From NCBI GenBank assembly GCA_046563655.1, contig CM102285.1, positions 11,160,001 through 11,224,000 of the forward strand: 64,000 nucleotides of DNA. Direction: 5' to 3'. The stretch comes from Yuukianura sp. NJ FZ-2021 (Eukaryota). The position numbers and the translations under genes are program-made. The notes under the pieces were generated by a model. It had not been told where the DNA came from and did not search any database. It worked only from the letters and a program-made list of their open reading frames with translations. Positions 13,101-27,845 of this stretch are shown here, piece by piece. The first letter of the stretch is position 1; the number at the start of each line of letters is the position of its first letter.

Positions 13101-16100
13101 ACTGTGTCTAATTGAATTTTCATGGACTTGCTTCAAATAAAAATTTAAGTGGCGTTTAAGTAAAACCAAAATTTTGTGGAAAATTTTGGTTTTTAAAGTT
13201 TTCCTGCTTTTTCATTTCTAAAAATGGAAAAGCAGGAAAGGCCAGCAGAAGCAAATCTGCAGCGACTTTTTTTTTCTATAAAAGTGCAGTTCAAAATTGC
13301 ATCAAAACCTTCGCAGTTTTCAATTTTTTTTTCCTACCCACTGTGGTGGTCTACTTGACTTTAATAATTTCCTTGTTTATAACTCCACAGTAATTGAAAC
13401 TGTGGCAGATTCGAATGAGTCTAATAGACTTAAATTACCATCATTAACTTTAACCAAGAAGACTGTTTAGAGTTGGTGCTTAACAGAATCGGTCCACCCT
13501 TTAGTACACTGCGCAAACCTACAACTTCAAATCGCGTGCAGAACTTTTCCATTTGAGTTTTTGAAATTTAGTAGAAGCCAAAAGCAACAATGGAAAAGAG
13601 TCTTTTGACATTTAAACATTGTCATTATACTTCGTTTTTGTTGGGTTAAAGAATGCACCAACTGTGTAAGGCAATCAATTCATTTTACGGTACTCTTCGT
13701 TCCTAGGCCACACAGATCTTGTCACTCGCATCTTCCCAATGTTTGCTCTTCTTTTGAAGTTGTTCTGTGTAGGTGGGTGGATGAATATGGATGATAATGA
13801 CTTGTTGTGTCACAGGAACTTCTTCAAAATGACTTCTAGCATGCATGTTACAGGAGATGCTTTTACAAGAGTCACTAGGCCGTAAATGCTTTCATGCAAA
13901 GATCATTTCCAGCAGTACTGAAAAATGGAACTACTCTGACAATAGGATTCCCACAAAATCCAAAGTCCATTTATCCACTTTTATTAAGCTCCAACTCCCA
14001 TTCTTCCTTTCCTTTGTCACTAGGCTGTCAACGCACGCTTTCTACTATTTTTATTTCAAAAAGTACAACTTTTGAACCCAAAAATAAATTTGAACAAGAA
14101 AATAGTTGGTTCGCCTAAAAATAACAATTGGAAGTACAAATATTTTAAAATTTGAAATTGAACAACAAAAAGACGCGTTTCTCATAAAAATTGACAAATG
14201 GTGAAAGTTCAGTACTGTAAATTAGGAGCACGGAGGGTTTTTATTGAATTTTCTGGTAGATCATATTTTTATGGACTTTGTCCAACAAAGTCTGTCCATT
14301 ACATTTGGGATGACAATGAAATGACATTATTATGTCTTTTCCATTGCGTATAAATATGAATGACTCTGCTGGGGCAGTTTTTTCTCTGTCTAGTTTTGTA
14401 GCTTTCAAAATTTGTCGTCTTTTGTAGTTTTTTTTTATAATAAAAACGAAGAAGGTTTTTTGAAATTGTAAATTGATGGGACATTTGTGTGGAAAGTCAG
14501 TTGAGGAATCGATGGGATGAAATACGACAAAAGCCCCTCCCTTGTGTCCTCAACTCTTTAAAGGCTGAGCTACGCAGGGAAAAGCACGGGCTTCAACTTT
14601 CTCTCACTGACGAGCTACGGCCGTGGTTAATGTAGCGAAAATTTACTTTCGCTTCAACTTCCAACAATTTCCAATTGAACTTTTTTAAAGTTCCCCCCTT
14701 TTGTCATTGACTTCATCTAAAGTCAATTTTGAACTTTTTTGAAACTTTAAATTCGAGTCAGGCACGGGTTAAAAAAATTCAGAAAAAAAAAGACTCAATC
14801 AAGCAACTTTTCTTGAAACTAAAAAAACTAGCCTAACAAGCTGATGTGAAACTTTTCGGACTTGAATTTTATATCTGCTAACAAAAAGTACAAAGTTTGA
14901 AAAGTTAGTTTTCAGAATGTCGAAAAGTATAAGGTCAGAGGTCAGGTACTGCTGCTGGCCGTGCAGTATGTAAAGTTAGTTTTAGTTTGAACAAAACGAA
15001 AGGTCCGCTGCTTTCTCTTTGAAAGTTGATATTGAATTTGAAATTGTGCGCATGTAATTTCCGGCTGAACGAACTTTGGGAACAAGAACAACTTTCAAAA
15101 TGAACTGCTGCGTCACAAAGCGTCGCGCGCAGTGAACACTGAAGGCTAATTTGGAAGCGTTGGTCTTGATCATGTTCAAATATGTTCAAATAGAACAGTT
15201 TGAATTTATATGAACTTTTTACCCATCCAAATTTGAACCTTTAAGTCCTTGGACCGAATCAATTTCTTTGTTTTGTCGCTCGGAACAGGAAATGCTGAAC
15301 TAAATCTCTGGCTCTGTTTGAAACTCTGTTTGAAATTGAGACGCTTGATTGTTCCACCTCCGTTGTCGGCTTCAAAGAGAATTTTAAAAATAAACTAAAA
15401 AACGAAGATTAAAAAAGTATCAACTTTCTTTTGAACAACAGCTCCGCATTTGAACAACATGACACAAAAGGATTCCAAATTGTCTCAGATGTCGTCTCTT
15501 ACATTCGAAATTTCAACTGCTGCTTGTGTAAGACTTGATTCAGATGAAGTCTTTATTTGCTTTGGCTGTGCTAAATTATCCGATTCCTGTTGTCATTATT
15601 CCAGTTGTTGGAGAGATAATTCGGCTGATTCTGTCTGAAGTCTGATCTGCAAGAGCCGCACGATACGAGAAATTAGGCGAAAAGAGTTGCGGTGGTGATG
15701 AATACATAAACCAAAGCATTACTTCATCAAGTCATTCGAGAGATCAAATAATCTGGATCCGCCGTATCATCATTTTCATTAGCCTCACATTGTCTTCTAT
15801 TCATCTTTCATCTGCATATTCGTACACAAGCGTACAATAGGCTCTCTGATTCTGCGTCTCTGTTCAAAAGAATCATCGATTCTGCCGAAGTATTTGTCAA
15901 CTTGCTAAAAATAGCAGTTTCTGACGCAAGTTAAAAAAAAAACTTGCTCAATCGTTGGATTTCAGAGAAAGAAAAGTGGGTGAAAGCTTACAGCGGGTCA
16001 GTTGTCAACCGTTGGGGTCAAGTGACTTGAACACCATAGGTTAGGATTTAGAGTCAGTTACTTACCCTAGGGAAACAACGTAGAAATCTGATCATTTGAA

Positions 16101-19100
16101 GAGTCCCTTGATGCGACGACCCTGAAACGGATTTGTCCTCATCATCTACCCCCTCCTCCATTAATCTTCATCCCTGCCACATTTTCCACTTGAATCAGAA
16201 AACCTCAATTCCCCTAACCATGGTTATGGTTCGGATTTTGAAAATGAACCCGGTTGGATATCACCCGCATATTCGTTCTACTCCGGGTCATGTCAACCAT
16301 AATTTTTGCATAAAAATTTCGCAAAAGTTTCTTAGATTAAGCATTTTTTACTTTGTTCGAAATATTTCTTAACTAATTCTTTAAATTCTTTCTGAAAATG
16401 GTCCTATGTGGTTTTGTTAAGATTTTCTACTCAAGAGCCATGCTAAGGCTGTAGAGAAAGCTTTTCAAAGACCGAGAAGATCGATGAACTGTTGGGCAAA
16501 GTGCCTCGGTTTTAGTCTTTGGAGAAAACCGCAGTGATGGTCGGAATGAAGTTGTGGGAAGCTGTGAAGATGGTTTTGAAACAAAGGGAAGTGATCTTGT
16601 CGGGTGCTGGACTGGAAGAAGAAGAAGCTTCGGCGTCTGCGGCATCTTCTTCCTTCCACGCTCGACTGTCATGCCACCAGGGACCGTGGAATAAGTGTGG
16701 GCGTGTCACCCCAAAATTTGTCAGCGCTCGTTTCCAACTTCCCCGACTTACTTAACACACAAGAACTGAAACTTCCTGAGGTTCAGACAACGTCTCAAGG
16801 AACACATCCAAACAACTTCCATTCCGACTTGGTAAAAGTTCTTTCCAAACTCGAAATTTTGGCCACAGCTTCCTTCTAGTGACGCTCAAAGTTGTATTTT
16901 CAGCCTGGCATAAGTCATCCTTGATGAAAAGCAGTTTTGGCTGTGAGGTTGAATGACTTTCACTTTTGGTGAATTAGAGAATGGAATTGATCAATAATTG
17001 ATGAAATGGTCAACATTTGTAGGTAGTCACTGCTACTGCGTGTTGAAACTATTCACACTTTGCGATAACTCGGAACTGCCGAGGCTTCTGGTCCATTCGT
17101 CAACAATGAAAAGCTTAATGAGACAGAAATACCGATTTGTAAGGAACCTGTGACTACCTGGACAGAAGATGAGTTTGCAACTATTTTTGAACTGAAAGCT
17201 ATGAATAGAAACACTAATCCGAAAAGTATTTCATCGTACAAGGCACTTTTTAGAAAAAAAAACATCTCGAACAAATTGAGAAAGAATGTCGGTGTTTTAC
17301 AGTGAAAGCAAAAATAATTTGTAGTATTCTTTTATTAATAAACTTTTTCGTAATATAACTTGTTTCAAAATTTTGGGCAATATTTATTTATGATCGATTC
17401 TAGTATTTGAGTAGGACTTAAGAATATGTGTTTCCCTTGCTAAATTAGTTAAAAGTTTACGAGTAGTTAGGTATATTTCATTTTGTTAAGTCAATGCACG
17501 TATACATTATTTAATTTTAACTTTATACATTTTACAAGAGAAATATAACAGAACAGAGAGCCCATGAGATTTTAAAATACTTTGGATATAGTTAAGGGTG
17601 AGTTTTGTCAATCCCTTAAACTGTGAGTAAAATTTTAAGTTAAGCAGTTACTGTTTTGATACTATTTTTTGTAATGATGCCTTGTCACCAAATCAGTGAC
17701 CTCCAGGAGGTCAAAATCCTCGTGACCCTTAAGACTATAAGTTACCGACGACACAGAATAAAAATTTTCACAATAGTAAGAAGTTTTAACAGTAACACGG
17801 GCATGAGGGAGTAAGTGGTTCCTTGTGAAAACTGTGAATGTTGCTAACATTATGTTAGTACAAGGGATAAGGAGACCACCTCTAGGTGAGCACAGCGTGA
17901 ATTCAACTTAAGTGTTACACACCGGTAATCGTCCCGTTGTTCCTTGACTCTATTATTCATCAGATCAAACCCCAAAGTCCAACTGAACTAAAAAGAAACG
18001 AACAACTTTCACCTGGGGAGAAAGCAACAAAGTTAATAAAATATTTAACTTTTTCAGTTTCTTCAGATCGATTGAAAAGTTTAAGAGAAAGTGTGAGCGC
18101 AACTATTAAAGTAATAGCTTATGCTTACTACTTTATTTTGGTTGTTGACATGCTACTTTCTAAGAGGTGAAACTAATAACTTTGTGTTCAAACAGAACTT
18201 TCACCACAGTGTCAACATGAATGTTTTTGAAAAAATCAAGACCATTTCCATTTTTGGTAAAGAACTGTTTGAATTTTTGAAGGTAAAAAATCGCAGAATC
18301 GTCAAAATGGGACTGAATTGGAGCTTGATCTGAAGGTTTTAGATTTTTTAGCTCATTTTGAGCGGGATGAATCACATGAAAAATTGTGTTAACTTTGGGA
18401 TTAATCTTGGGAGAATTGATGGAGGGGCAGGGCAGTGGGGGCGAGGGTGGGTTAAGTTAATAAATAAATGGCACTGGGTAGTAAGTAGTGATTGACATGC
18501 ACGCAGTCACTTGAATTTGTCAGTTAGCGTAGGAGTGAGAAGTCGTGGCAGCAGTGTACTTGCGGGACTCAGTGGTGCTCTCAAGCCATTGCATGACATG
18601 GCGGAGTTTGAACGTCCAAGTCCAATGTCAGAATCAGTTTAAGTCACTTGACATGATTTTCACACCCTGTCACACCCTTACCCTCGGGTACTTCAACCGC
18701 TACCCCATTCAAAATTGGATGAAAAACCACAAGCACCAATTCAAAATTCTCAAAACTCAAAATTGTCCAACTTTTTTCAATGAAAGCGACTTTGGACCAG
18801 GCGATGCCGCCACCACAAAGGGGATGAAAGTCATGTTCGAAATTCATGGAAGTGACACTCATCGTTTGTCATTTTTTCAAAAAAAAAATTGGACAAGGTT
18901 AGTCAGTAGCGAAATCGTCAACTGTCATTAGATCAACAAAAAAATGTTCAACTAACGTACCTTTGTCAAGACAGGCGTGTGATGGAAGAATAAATTGTGA
19001 CACTTTTTCAATAGCAGAGGTGCTTTGTGTGGGGAAAATTTGGTTGAAAATGTCATTTTCTTAAGAAAGTTGGGAGAAAGCGAGGTTTTGAGTTTTAGAA

Positions 19101-19314
19101 AATCGTGGTAGGAAAGTGTGCAGTCGAATTTTGAATTTGAAAAATTTGGGGGTCAAAGTTAGTTAGCTGTAATTAGCCTAAAACTTAACTTTTCTTTAAC
19201 TAATTAACCCAGAGATCATCCGTTGAATAAATTTTCTCTTCGTCCTTACCTACTTGTAAATAAAGTTCGGGGTACTCTTGAAGATTTTGTTGGGGCAGAG
19301 GGTTAGAGCCACTT

Positions 19315-22300
19315 TCAAATGGTGGGTTTGATGTCTTGAGCCATGTGACCGTGACTGTGTGGATGGTGGCTGTGGAGATGGTGGTGGGGCAAGTGGTGGT
19401 GGGTCGGAAGTGGAGGTGTTGTGACGGACGAGGCGGGGCTGTTTCCCGAGTTTCCTTCGGAGGGACTGTTGTCATCGTCGTCGTCGTCTTCGGAACAGCT
19501 CCGTTTACTGCCCTCGTTTCCTGATCCGCTTCCGTTTGCACTGTGGGTTTTCACATGCTTGCTGAGGTGATCTGATCTCATAAATCTTTTAGAACACACA
19601 GGGCAACTAAAACGTTTTTCGCCAGTGTGGGTGCGGAGGTGGCGCTGAAGCTCATCTGACCTGGTAAATCGCTTCCCGCAGAAGAGCCAGTTGCATACGA
19701 ACGGGCGCTAAAGGCAAAATATTTCAAAATTTAGAGTTTTAGCCAAAACCAAAAGCTTCGGGAAGGAAACAATTCCATTTCATCAAAGAAAAAAACATTT
19801 TCAGTTTTTTGTTTTCATCGCCGTTCACAAAATTGAAGTATTTATTTCAGGTAGTATTTCAAAAATTTGAAGTTGAAGTTTGTGACACTGTCGCAGAAAC
19901 ACAACTATTTTTGAAATCCTATTTTTAAAAATTTAGAAAATGCTGTGTACTTACTTCGCCTGTGTGCCACCTGAGATGAGCCTTGAGATGCGACGTCTTT
20001 CCATAAACCTGTTACAGACAAAAAACAAACAAAAACCAAAAGTCAATTTCATTTTAAAATTGAGTCGATTTAGAATTTTTTCAATTTCCTTTTACGCGTC
20101 TTGCTTTGGAAATCAACTGCGGTAAAACTCGTTCTTTAATTTTTTCAAAAGTGATTTTATTTCCCATTTACCAGAAGACTAACAAACTTATTTAAGAAGT
20201 CTTGGCATGAAATATTGCATGAGACATTCAATTCCACACGATCTGTGTGGTCAATTTCACTTGCAAAAGGAAATGGTCTCTCTGACACATCATCTCCGTT
20301 AAGGATCTTTTAGTTCTCTCAACTGCTTCACACAGCTCTTCCTTAGCTACTTTTAAATTCAAAATTTCAATTCACAAGAAGTTGAAAATTGAAAAATTAA
20401 AACCAGTTTCGAGTCTAAGTCGCAGAGCAGAATTCAAAATGCGTTTTCGGTTTAAAGATTCCTTCAACTCCGAAATCCACTTTACATTTTAACAGAAATA
20501 AAAATATGAATATAGGAAAACAATTCTACAACAGTTCGTAATCTTCATGTCAACTTATTGCATTCGGAAGAAATTCGTAATGTAATCGACGAAATATTTT
20601 AAATGGTTTGTTGACATGACGGAATTGGAAAGGTCAAAGGTCAACTGTACGTGGTACTTCCAAGTTGGAAGTAATCCCACAAAATTTTGATTCAAAATTT
20701 TCTCGTACTCATAAAATTCATCAAAATTTCGAGTACTAGTAAATGATGCTTACCTTTCCACACCCGGGGATATGACAAGAGTGAATATTTTTCTTTCTGA
20801 GATGTGCCCCTGCCGGACCGAGTCTCTCAGCCTCTTGACAGTTTGGACAATCACAGGTTGCTCGACCAGTGTATCTCCGCTGGGATCGAGGTGAAGGCAC
20901 CTGCTAAAAACAGTTAAAAAACAAAAAGAAATTATACAATTTTTGTACTTAACATTTTTTTTCAAAATTACGAAACATTCCTCAGAAAGTAATTTCCGAG
21001 TCCTGAGGTAAGCGAGAGGGACTCACACTCTCCTATTCATTGTCAAGTCACGAGTTGGTGGCAATGATCAAATTGGAAATTACGTTGAGGAATCTGCAAC
21101 TTTTGTGTTTTAAAGTGACTAACCTGTTGTAGAGAGGTTTGGCCCAACCCAAATCCCACATTGGAGCCTACAGTTTGTGTTGGTAGCATTGACTTGTAGG
21201 TGTCCTAGAATTACGCAGAAATTTTATTACCAAATCTTAATTTCCAATTAAAGTTAATAGTATTTTTTAAGAGCGTGGATGATTTTTAGTCGCTTTGGGA
21301 AGTTAGAGATGAAATCGGAAGTTGTCATCCTTCCATCAGAGGTTGGCGGAGAGGAAGATTTTACCTGAAGAAGATGTTGACCTGAGGTCAAGATATGCGG
21401 ATTAGAGGCGGCTAGTGTATGTGTTAGGGTCGAGTAGTCATTGTAGTTGGACATCTGATGATGTGGGTGATGAGCATGATGCATTCCAGTGACGGCGGCT
21501 GAACTGATTCCACTGTCCAGCCAACCAGCTCCGGTGGCTACACCGTGCACTGCGTCCCACCATGAGGTACCGTTCATTCCTGACATCTATTCCACAAAAT
21601 CACAATTTCAACTTTGACCTCAAAATCCTTACGTATTGTGGTTTTACACGAAGGAAAGTTAAAAGGAAAGCATTTACGTAAGGAATTTTCGAAAACGGAA
21701 AAATTGCGGATCTTTGAACAGTGAAAGTTAAAAGCGTTCCCTTTCTCTGATTTTTTTAAAAACAAATTTTCGAAAAAAACGAATCGAAAAGTATGTCAGG
21801 TTGGGCCATTTTTTTTAGAAAAATGTCGTGGAATATTTGCTTACGTCTGCCTTAATCCCTGAGTGAGCTCCAGACATTGCATTGAAGGCCCATTGGTCAT
21901 AGGCTACACGAGAGTACACAGCGCCCACTCCAGCGTCCATCTTGGTAATGTACCCAGGCGGAGACTGGTCACCGCACGACGCCGGATTGGCTGACCTGAA
22001 ACACAACCGTTAGCCCGGGAATTTTAAAACAATGTTCTTCAAGTTCAACACGAAGGGAGACCAATTACCCATGAAAATAGAGTTCCGCAGCATACCCTGG
22101 ATTTCCACATGAGGTCGTGACCGGAGTCCGACCATATCCAGAACTTTGGTTGCTCGAAGAGACAGAGGAGGCTAGGCTTCGTTGAGCAGCGCTCAGGAGA
22201 GACACTCCTGTATGCGCCAATGAATTTCCAAGCGAAACAGCGCTACTTGAAGAAGAGCTCGTTCCGCTCGTAGGAACATTTGACCCGAGATGACCTCCGC

Positions 22301-22457
22301 CTGAAGATGGACCAATGCCCATGGACGGTGACTTCTTCCAGGGATGGAACCCTTTACCCACAGCAGCATCTGCCAGAGGTGGTGGACTTTTGGTACTCAG
22401 CTTGTTGCACTGAGCAGCTAACATTGCCAGTGGAGTTCCACGGAGTCCTGGATGTTC
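19315..22457 (-). CDS. Sp6-9: Sp6-9 class (Sp8/Sp9-like) C2H2 zinc-finger transcription factor. Exons 22457-22069, 21995-21845, 21586-21365, 21204-21124, 20903(or 20900)-20754, 20008-19955, 19707-19315. The start-codon exon is upstream and not firmly located.
   Basis: Sp box [20 protein letters not shown] followed by [20 protein letters not shown], and Btd box [19 protein letters not shown]. Three fingers: [73 protein letters not shown]. All introns are GT-AG and frame-consistent; stop TGA at 19317-19315. Confidence 0.95.
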
Positions 22458-25400
22458 CTGGAAAGCAAACCATAATCAATTGATTTTGGACGGAAAATTA
22501 CTGAATTTAGTAGTTATATCGTTGGGCTCCAATTACTCCTAATTTACTTTTCCCCGCTAAAGGAAAAGTTTCAACTAATTTTCTCCCTTGTGCCAATTTT
22601 TATTTTGAGGTTCTCTGTTGACCATTTTTAGTCTGACACGGTTTTTAATTCATTTCCGTTTTCTAGCACCCGAAACCAACCAGAGGAGGAAAATTTGGAA
22701 ATGAAAAGGGAAAAGTGGTAGGGTTCAAATCGATATTTCGTTTGTGTACAAAAAAGAAAACGAAAGCCTTTCTCCTAAGTTTTCTCGAACTTTAGTATTT
22801 TCCTTTCCCTTATCCAAAACTTTGGTGTGAACCGCTAGAATAGAAGTAGAAAAACTGTTCATTTTCTGTGCGTTTTGCATTATTTGAGCATTTACGCGCA
22901 AGGGCCATCATGTCATGTCGTTCTTCAAGAGAAAAAAAACCTCTTTGACAACTTTTTTGCATTAAAAAAAAAAAACAAAAAAGTTTTGATTTTGAATCAA
23001 AATTAAATTATGAAACTGAGAACTGATCTAAAACTGAACTGACGTAAAGTAAAAGTAGTAATTCCGATGTAAAAATCTTCTTCTCAGTGGTGTTTTCAAA
23101 GGAATTTTTTTGGTGAAAAGTTTTTCATTTTTATAAAAAACCCAATTTTGAATGCATTTTCTCGGTAAAAGTTGACTTTGTGTAACTTATTGGTGGGGAA
23201 GCTGTTAACGCGAGCCCCGTGCTTACTCTTGGAGATCGTAAAGTGTGGAGAGCCTAACCTAATGGTGGTGCTATTGATGTCGAATCCCTGCTGAGCCTAC
23301 AGACCCACCGAAGTTGCCGAAAAAGCACAAATCATCCACCGAGCTCCCTTAACTGTCAACCCCACCACCGAACGAGTCATTGTCTTCCGTCTAGCCCTAG
23401 ATCACCCGCCTGATGAAGATGAGTCTTCCGTCTGGACCAAATTCACTTAACAATGGAACAGCATTAGACGCTGATTGCCACCAAAACTTTCAAATCCAAA
23501 GTGGATCCCCTTTCATCCCCTTCCCACTAACTGATCCACGGGAATCAAAACAAACCGACTTCAATTACCATTTCAATCTGGCCCCAATATGTGCAGAGAC
23601 AGATTGAAATTTAGTAGACTTTATTTTATTGCGACCGACAACAGAGGAAAGTGAGAGGGGAAAATTCAATTCAAAAGGAACAGGGAGATGCAATTTGTAA
23701 AAAGAAGAAGAGAAAAACAATTGAAAATTAAAATGAGGGAAAAAAGGAAGAAAATAATAATAAGTTGTATTTATTTGCACAACTTATATAGAATAAAAAA
23801 CTGGCTAAGAAAATAGGAGGATTGGAGCGTTAATTACAAAGGAAAAGAAACCCGAAAATTCATTTCCTTGTGTATCTACTGTTTGGGTGTGAATCGAAAT
23901 CCTTAGCACGAACGCTATAAACTTTCTTTGGAAAAAATTTCAAATCACGCAATCTCTGCAAACAGAAACATGAATTTGTCCTTGAAATTCAATTTTCCAA
24001 ATCTTGAAAAACAAAAAAAAAAGTAAAAGAAAAACCTGTTTTCATTTAGAGTTTTAAATTTCTAACAAGTCTCCAGCGAAGCACGCAGTCAGCGATACTC
24101 ATTTAATTTCATATTTGACATTCTGAAAAATAATTGCGTTATAAAAATATTCATAATTATTTTACTAATTTTCATAAAATCTTGAAACTTAACTGCCACT
24201 TTACAATTCAACTTCAAACTGATGACTGGAAAAGTAGCGCTTTAAATAGATCATCCCCTTTTTTGCTCCATTCTGGACACAGTTTTTCGGAATTTCAAAA
24301 AGCAAGGTTAAAACAATGGAGGGGCCGAAGCACAAGCAGACTTGAATTGCCTAACTGCCTCCATTTTCCCATTGTTTTTTTGTGATCAGAAGAAGTTGGC
24401 TGGAGGCAGTTTTAATTCGGAATGATATCATGGCTTCCCTGCACTTTTCCACTGGAGCTATAAACTTCCTCCATTCCAGTGCATCTCCTATGTTATGGCT
24501 TCCATTAGAGACAATCATAAATCATGGCTTTCCACTGCCTTTTGTTCCTAACCAAGATGTGGTTTTATACCATAGGATCAACTACACTACTGCTGCTGGT
24601 GATCATCCTCTTGAATCCAGTGCAAACCAACACCAAATGTAATCCTGGTAATACTGGAACAACATCCAGGAAAGAACCCTAGGGAGCAGCAGTTAATGTT
24701 AAGAGGCACTAATACGAACAAGGGAACCCCAAATACGGTAAACATTTGAACAAAAGTTGGATTAGGACTTGGGAAGAACCAAGCTTACATGCTACTTGAG
24801 ACCATCTAATACCATCAAGGGCCCTTCCTGGACCCTACAAACATTAATTGTGTCCCCTTTCAAAGTAGACTGCTCATCCACAACTTATCAACCAAAAATG
24901 TCATTTGTCCTGTTCTGAGCACCCTACAACATGAACTTAAGTTGTTCATTTTTGGAACTTGGACAATAACTAATCCAGGTATTGAAAATGACTAAAAACG
25001 GGTAACTTAAGAGGGGACCCTTAGAAGATCCAAAGGGCCCATCTTAAGATTTTCTTTAAGAAAGTGATCAAAGACTTCAAACATTTGAGAATAAGAACAC
25101 ATCATTTTTAATCCCTTTCTTTCACAACGCTGAATCTTCGAAGAACTCTGTTTGGAAATTTTGAATTGAAAGGAAATGCATCATGCAACCTCAAAATTTT
25201 GAAAGATGTGAAATTGGATAGCTCCGCCTTTGCAACGCCTTTTGGAATTGAACAAATTCTTTAATCCTTAAATGATTCAATTTGATTCACAACAATTTTC
25301 TTTTGGATCTTATCCAATTTCAGTCCGTGTTGTTTCACTAATACATTTTTTAAGTGCAAAAATTCAAATTAAGAAACTCGGAATTCAAAATTCAACTTTT

Positions 25401-27845
25401 TTAAATTCAATTTTACAACTCGAAAAATAGCAAGTTTCATCAGAGATAAATTATGTTCGAGTTAAATCACACAGTAAACTTTCACTCTTACTTTCTCCAT
25501 AGTCTCATCCAACGGATTTTACGAATGGCATTTAAGTTTTTTTTTAGTTTGCTCGTCCGCACAACAGAAGTGCAACTGAAAATGAAATTCAGTTTCAAAA
25601 TCTCATTTTTTGAGATTTGTTTTTGTGATACTAGTGTAGTACTGTGCTCCATAACTGTAAAAAACACACAGGTCGTAACAATGAATCAAGCCATGATTTT
25701 TAGGGCGTTGAAGTCATAATTTCCAACCAGAAGGAAAAGCAAGTTTGGAAAAAACTTTGAAAAAGTGAGTTTTGGGCAGGACGTAACAAAATGTAAAGTT
25801 TAATTTCCGCCGTAGTCCCAACTCCTGCTCTTTTTCCACTTTATGTGTTCGTAACCTTTAAAAACTAGAAACTGAGAAATAGAATGAAAAAAGTTATAGT
25901 TTAGTCTGTACTTGGATAGTAATAGTAACTACACCCAATGTGTATAATGGCATAACAAGTTTTCAAAAAAAACGAGTAAAATTCTGGACGAACGAGCCCC
26001 GGTCTGTCCATCCATCCGTCCCAAAAAGTAGACAGAAAAAAATTGTTGGATAATTACGAATGATGAAGCAGCCTTACTCACGTCCGTACCTTTAGCAGAA
26101 AACAATCTCCTTCATCCTTACATCATAAGCTAGGCAGCACTAACATCTTAGGTAACATTACACAACAACAAATAATAGGAATTGGACTCCTTTTAAAGAT
26201 ACGAGGGCCATTTCGAACTGCAGCAAGAAGCCAGCATCTTTCAGAAGTGCGACTTTTATTACAGACGAAAACGAGTAAAACTGGTAGAATACAAATAGAA
26301 CATTAATTTTGAAGGGCTCTGTTCAGGGTCAGCCCAGCACCCAAAAGGCGATTGTCGATTTTAAAAATTTCGGAACAAAAGAAATTACGGAACTTTCCTG
26401 TTCTAAACAAAAGATGATGAGGAATTGTGTTGAAAAGAAGCGTCCGACCAAAGGTACTTTCCATCAGTTGTCATTCCTTCGTTCAACAACATTTCAAAAT
26501 CAACTTTAGCTTTTGACAGGAATTCATCATCTTTCTCTTGACTTTAGGAAGATGGAACCCACAGAACAACAATCTCTGCTTGACTTTTGTATTATTTTTC
26601 AGCTTAAAATTTGAAAACAGAAGAGCTCCTTTTTAAATTTAAAAAGTTTTTTTCAGAAGCAGCGTACCGAAAATCCCTGAGAATAAACAGACGTTACCGG
26701 TAATTAATTTTCTCGGAAATGAGGTAGGCCCTAGGAGGTAAAACTTGAGTCTGATTTAGGCTAAACTGTAAAAGCGCAGTCTACTGAAATGTGGCATTTT
26801 TCGGCAATTTTGAAGCTTCCAGAAAAAAGTGAAACAGAAAAACTAAAGATCCGAAAAGCATCCGGCACGAACTATGCAACCCTGTCAAACTTTTTACTTA
26901 AAAAATTTTTCAAAAAAAGCCTGGTTACTTTGAAGTGACTTTCTGCTGCCAATTGACCTTTAGTAAAGTGAAAACGACCATTGCATGCTTCGACCAGGCA
27001 CGTCGGAATAAAACAAAGGTTTCTCACCCCAAAAAATAAATTTCAAAGTTACGACTGACTGAGTAGTGGCGGCGGCGGTGGGACTTTGGTGTGCTCCGCC
27101 GCGGTTCTTGCATGTTTTGGTTCGCAAGCAAAGAAAACAGACTTTGTGTTTTTTTGTTGGCAATTTTTCAGCAACTGAATTCCAGTGAAACCATTCATTT
27201 TCACTTGGCCAAAAATTAATTAACGATTTCCAAGCTGCAAAAGCCTCGAAACTCTTTTTCATTTTCCAAAATGAGTTGGGAAGAAGAAGAGAGTTCTAAT
27301 TAATCCAAAGTTTACTTGGTGTGTTCCATCAGAGTAAAATTGAGGCAAAAGTCGTATGAGAACGTTAATAATTATAAGTGAAGATAATAATCAAACGTGG
27401 CATGTCGAAATATACGGAGAATCCAGTTCCACTTGGACACCAAGTCCAAAACCTCATTGTCTTTTAATTCTCCTTGCAACCTCTGATCCAATCATCTCTC
27501 ACATTCTGAATAATTTAATAACTTACAGTTTCCTGTTTTCTTAGCATTTAAGTACACAAAAAATTATATTTTCAATCCCACTGAGGCCATTTTTTTGCTT
27601 CAGTTTTCTCAAAAGGTCGTTTTTCAGTGAAAAAAGGATATCATGCGTATCAATTGTTTGAATTTCAATTAAAACACTAAAAATTCAAAGTGGAACTCGT
27701 GGAGCTGGAGAAAGTTTTGTAAAATAAAATTGGCAAAATCTTAACACTTCTTGTTTCAGTTTGAGTTTGATTTTCAAAATTCAAATGAAATGCCGGCTAT
27801 AACAAAGTTTTCGCATTTTGTTAACATTTCAGCTAAACTTGTTTT

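Noticed and set aside
2207..17274. Many 60-140 aa ORFs between OLA1 and Sp6-9, considered as a possible Sp1-4 gene or another hidden gene
   Set aside because: No zinc-finger, Btd-box or other recognisable motif and no consistent exon chain; the composition is that of random frames in AT-rich DNA.
18467..18530. Possible mir-263a precursor on the plus strand
   Set aside because: Only the first 11 nt match the mature miRNA and the fold-back is short and irregular. It is better explained as a target site on the opposite strand.
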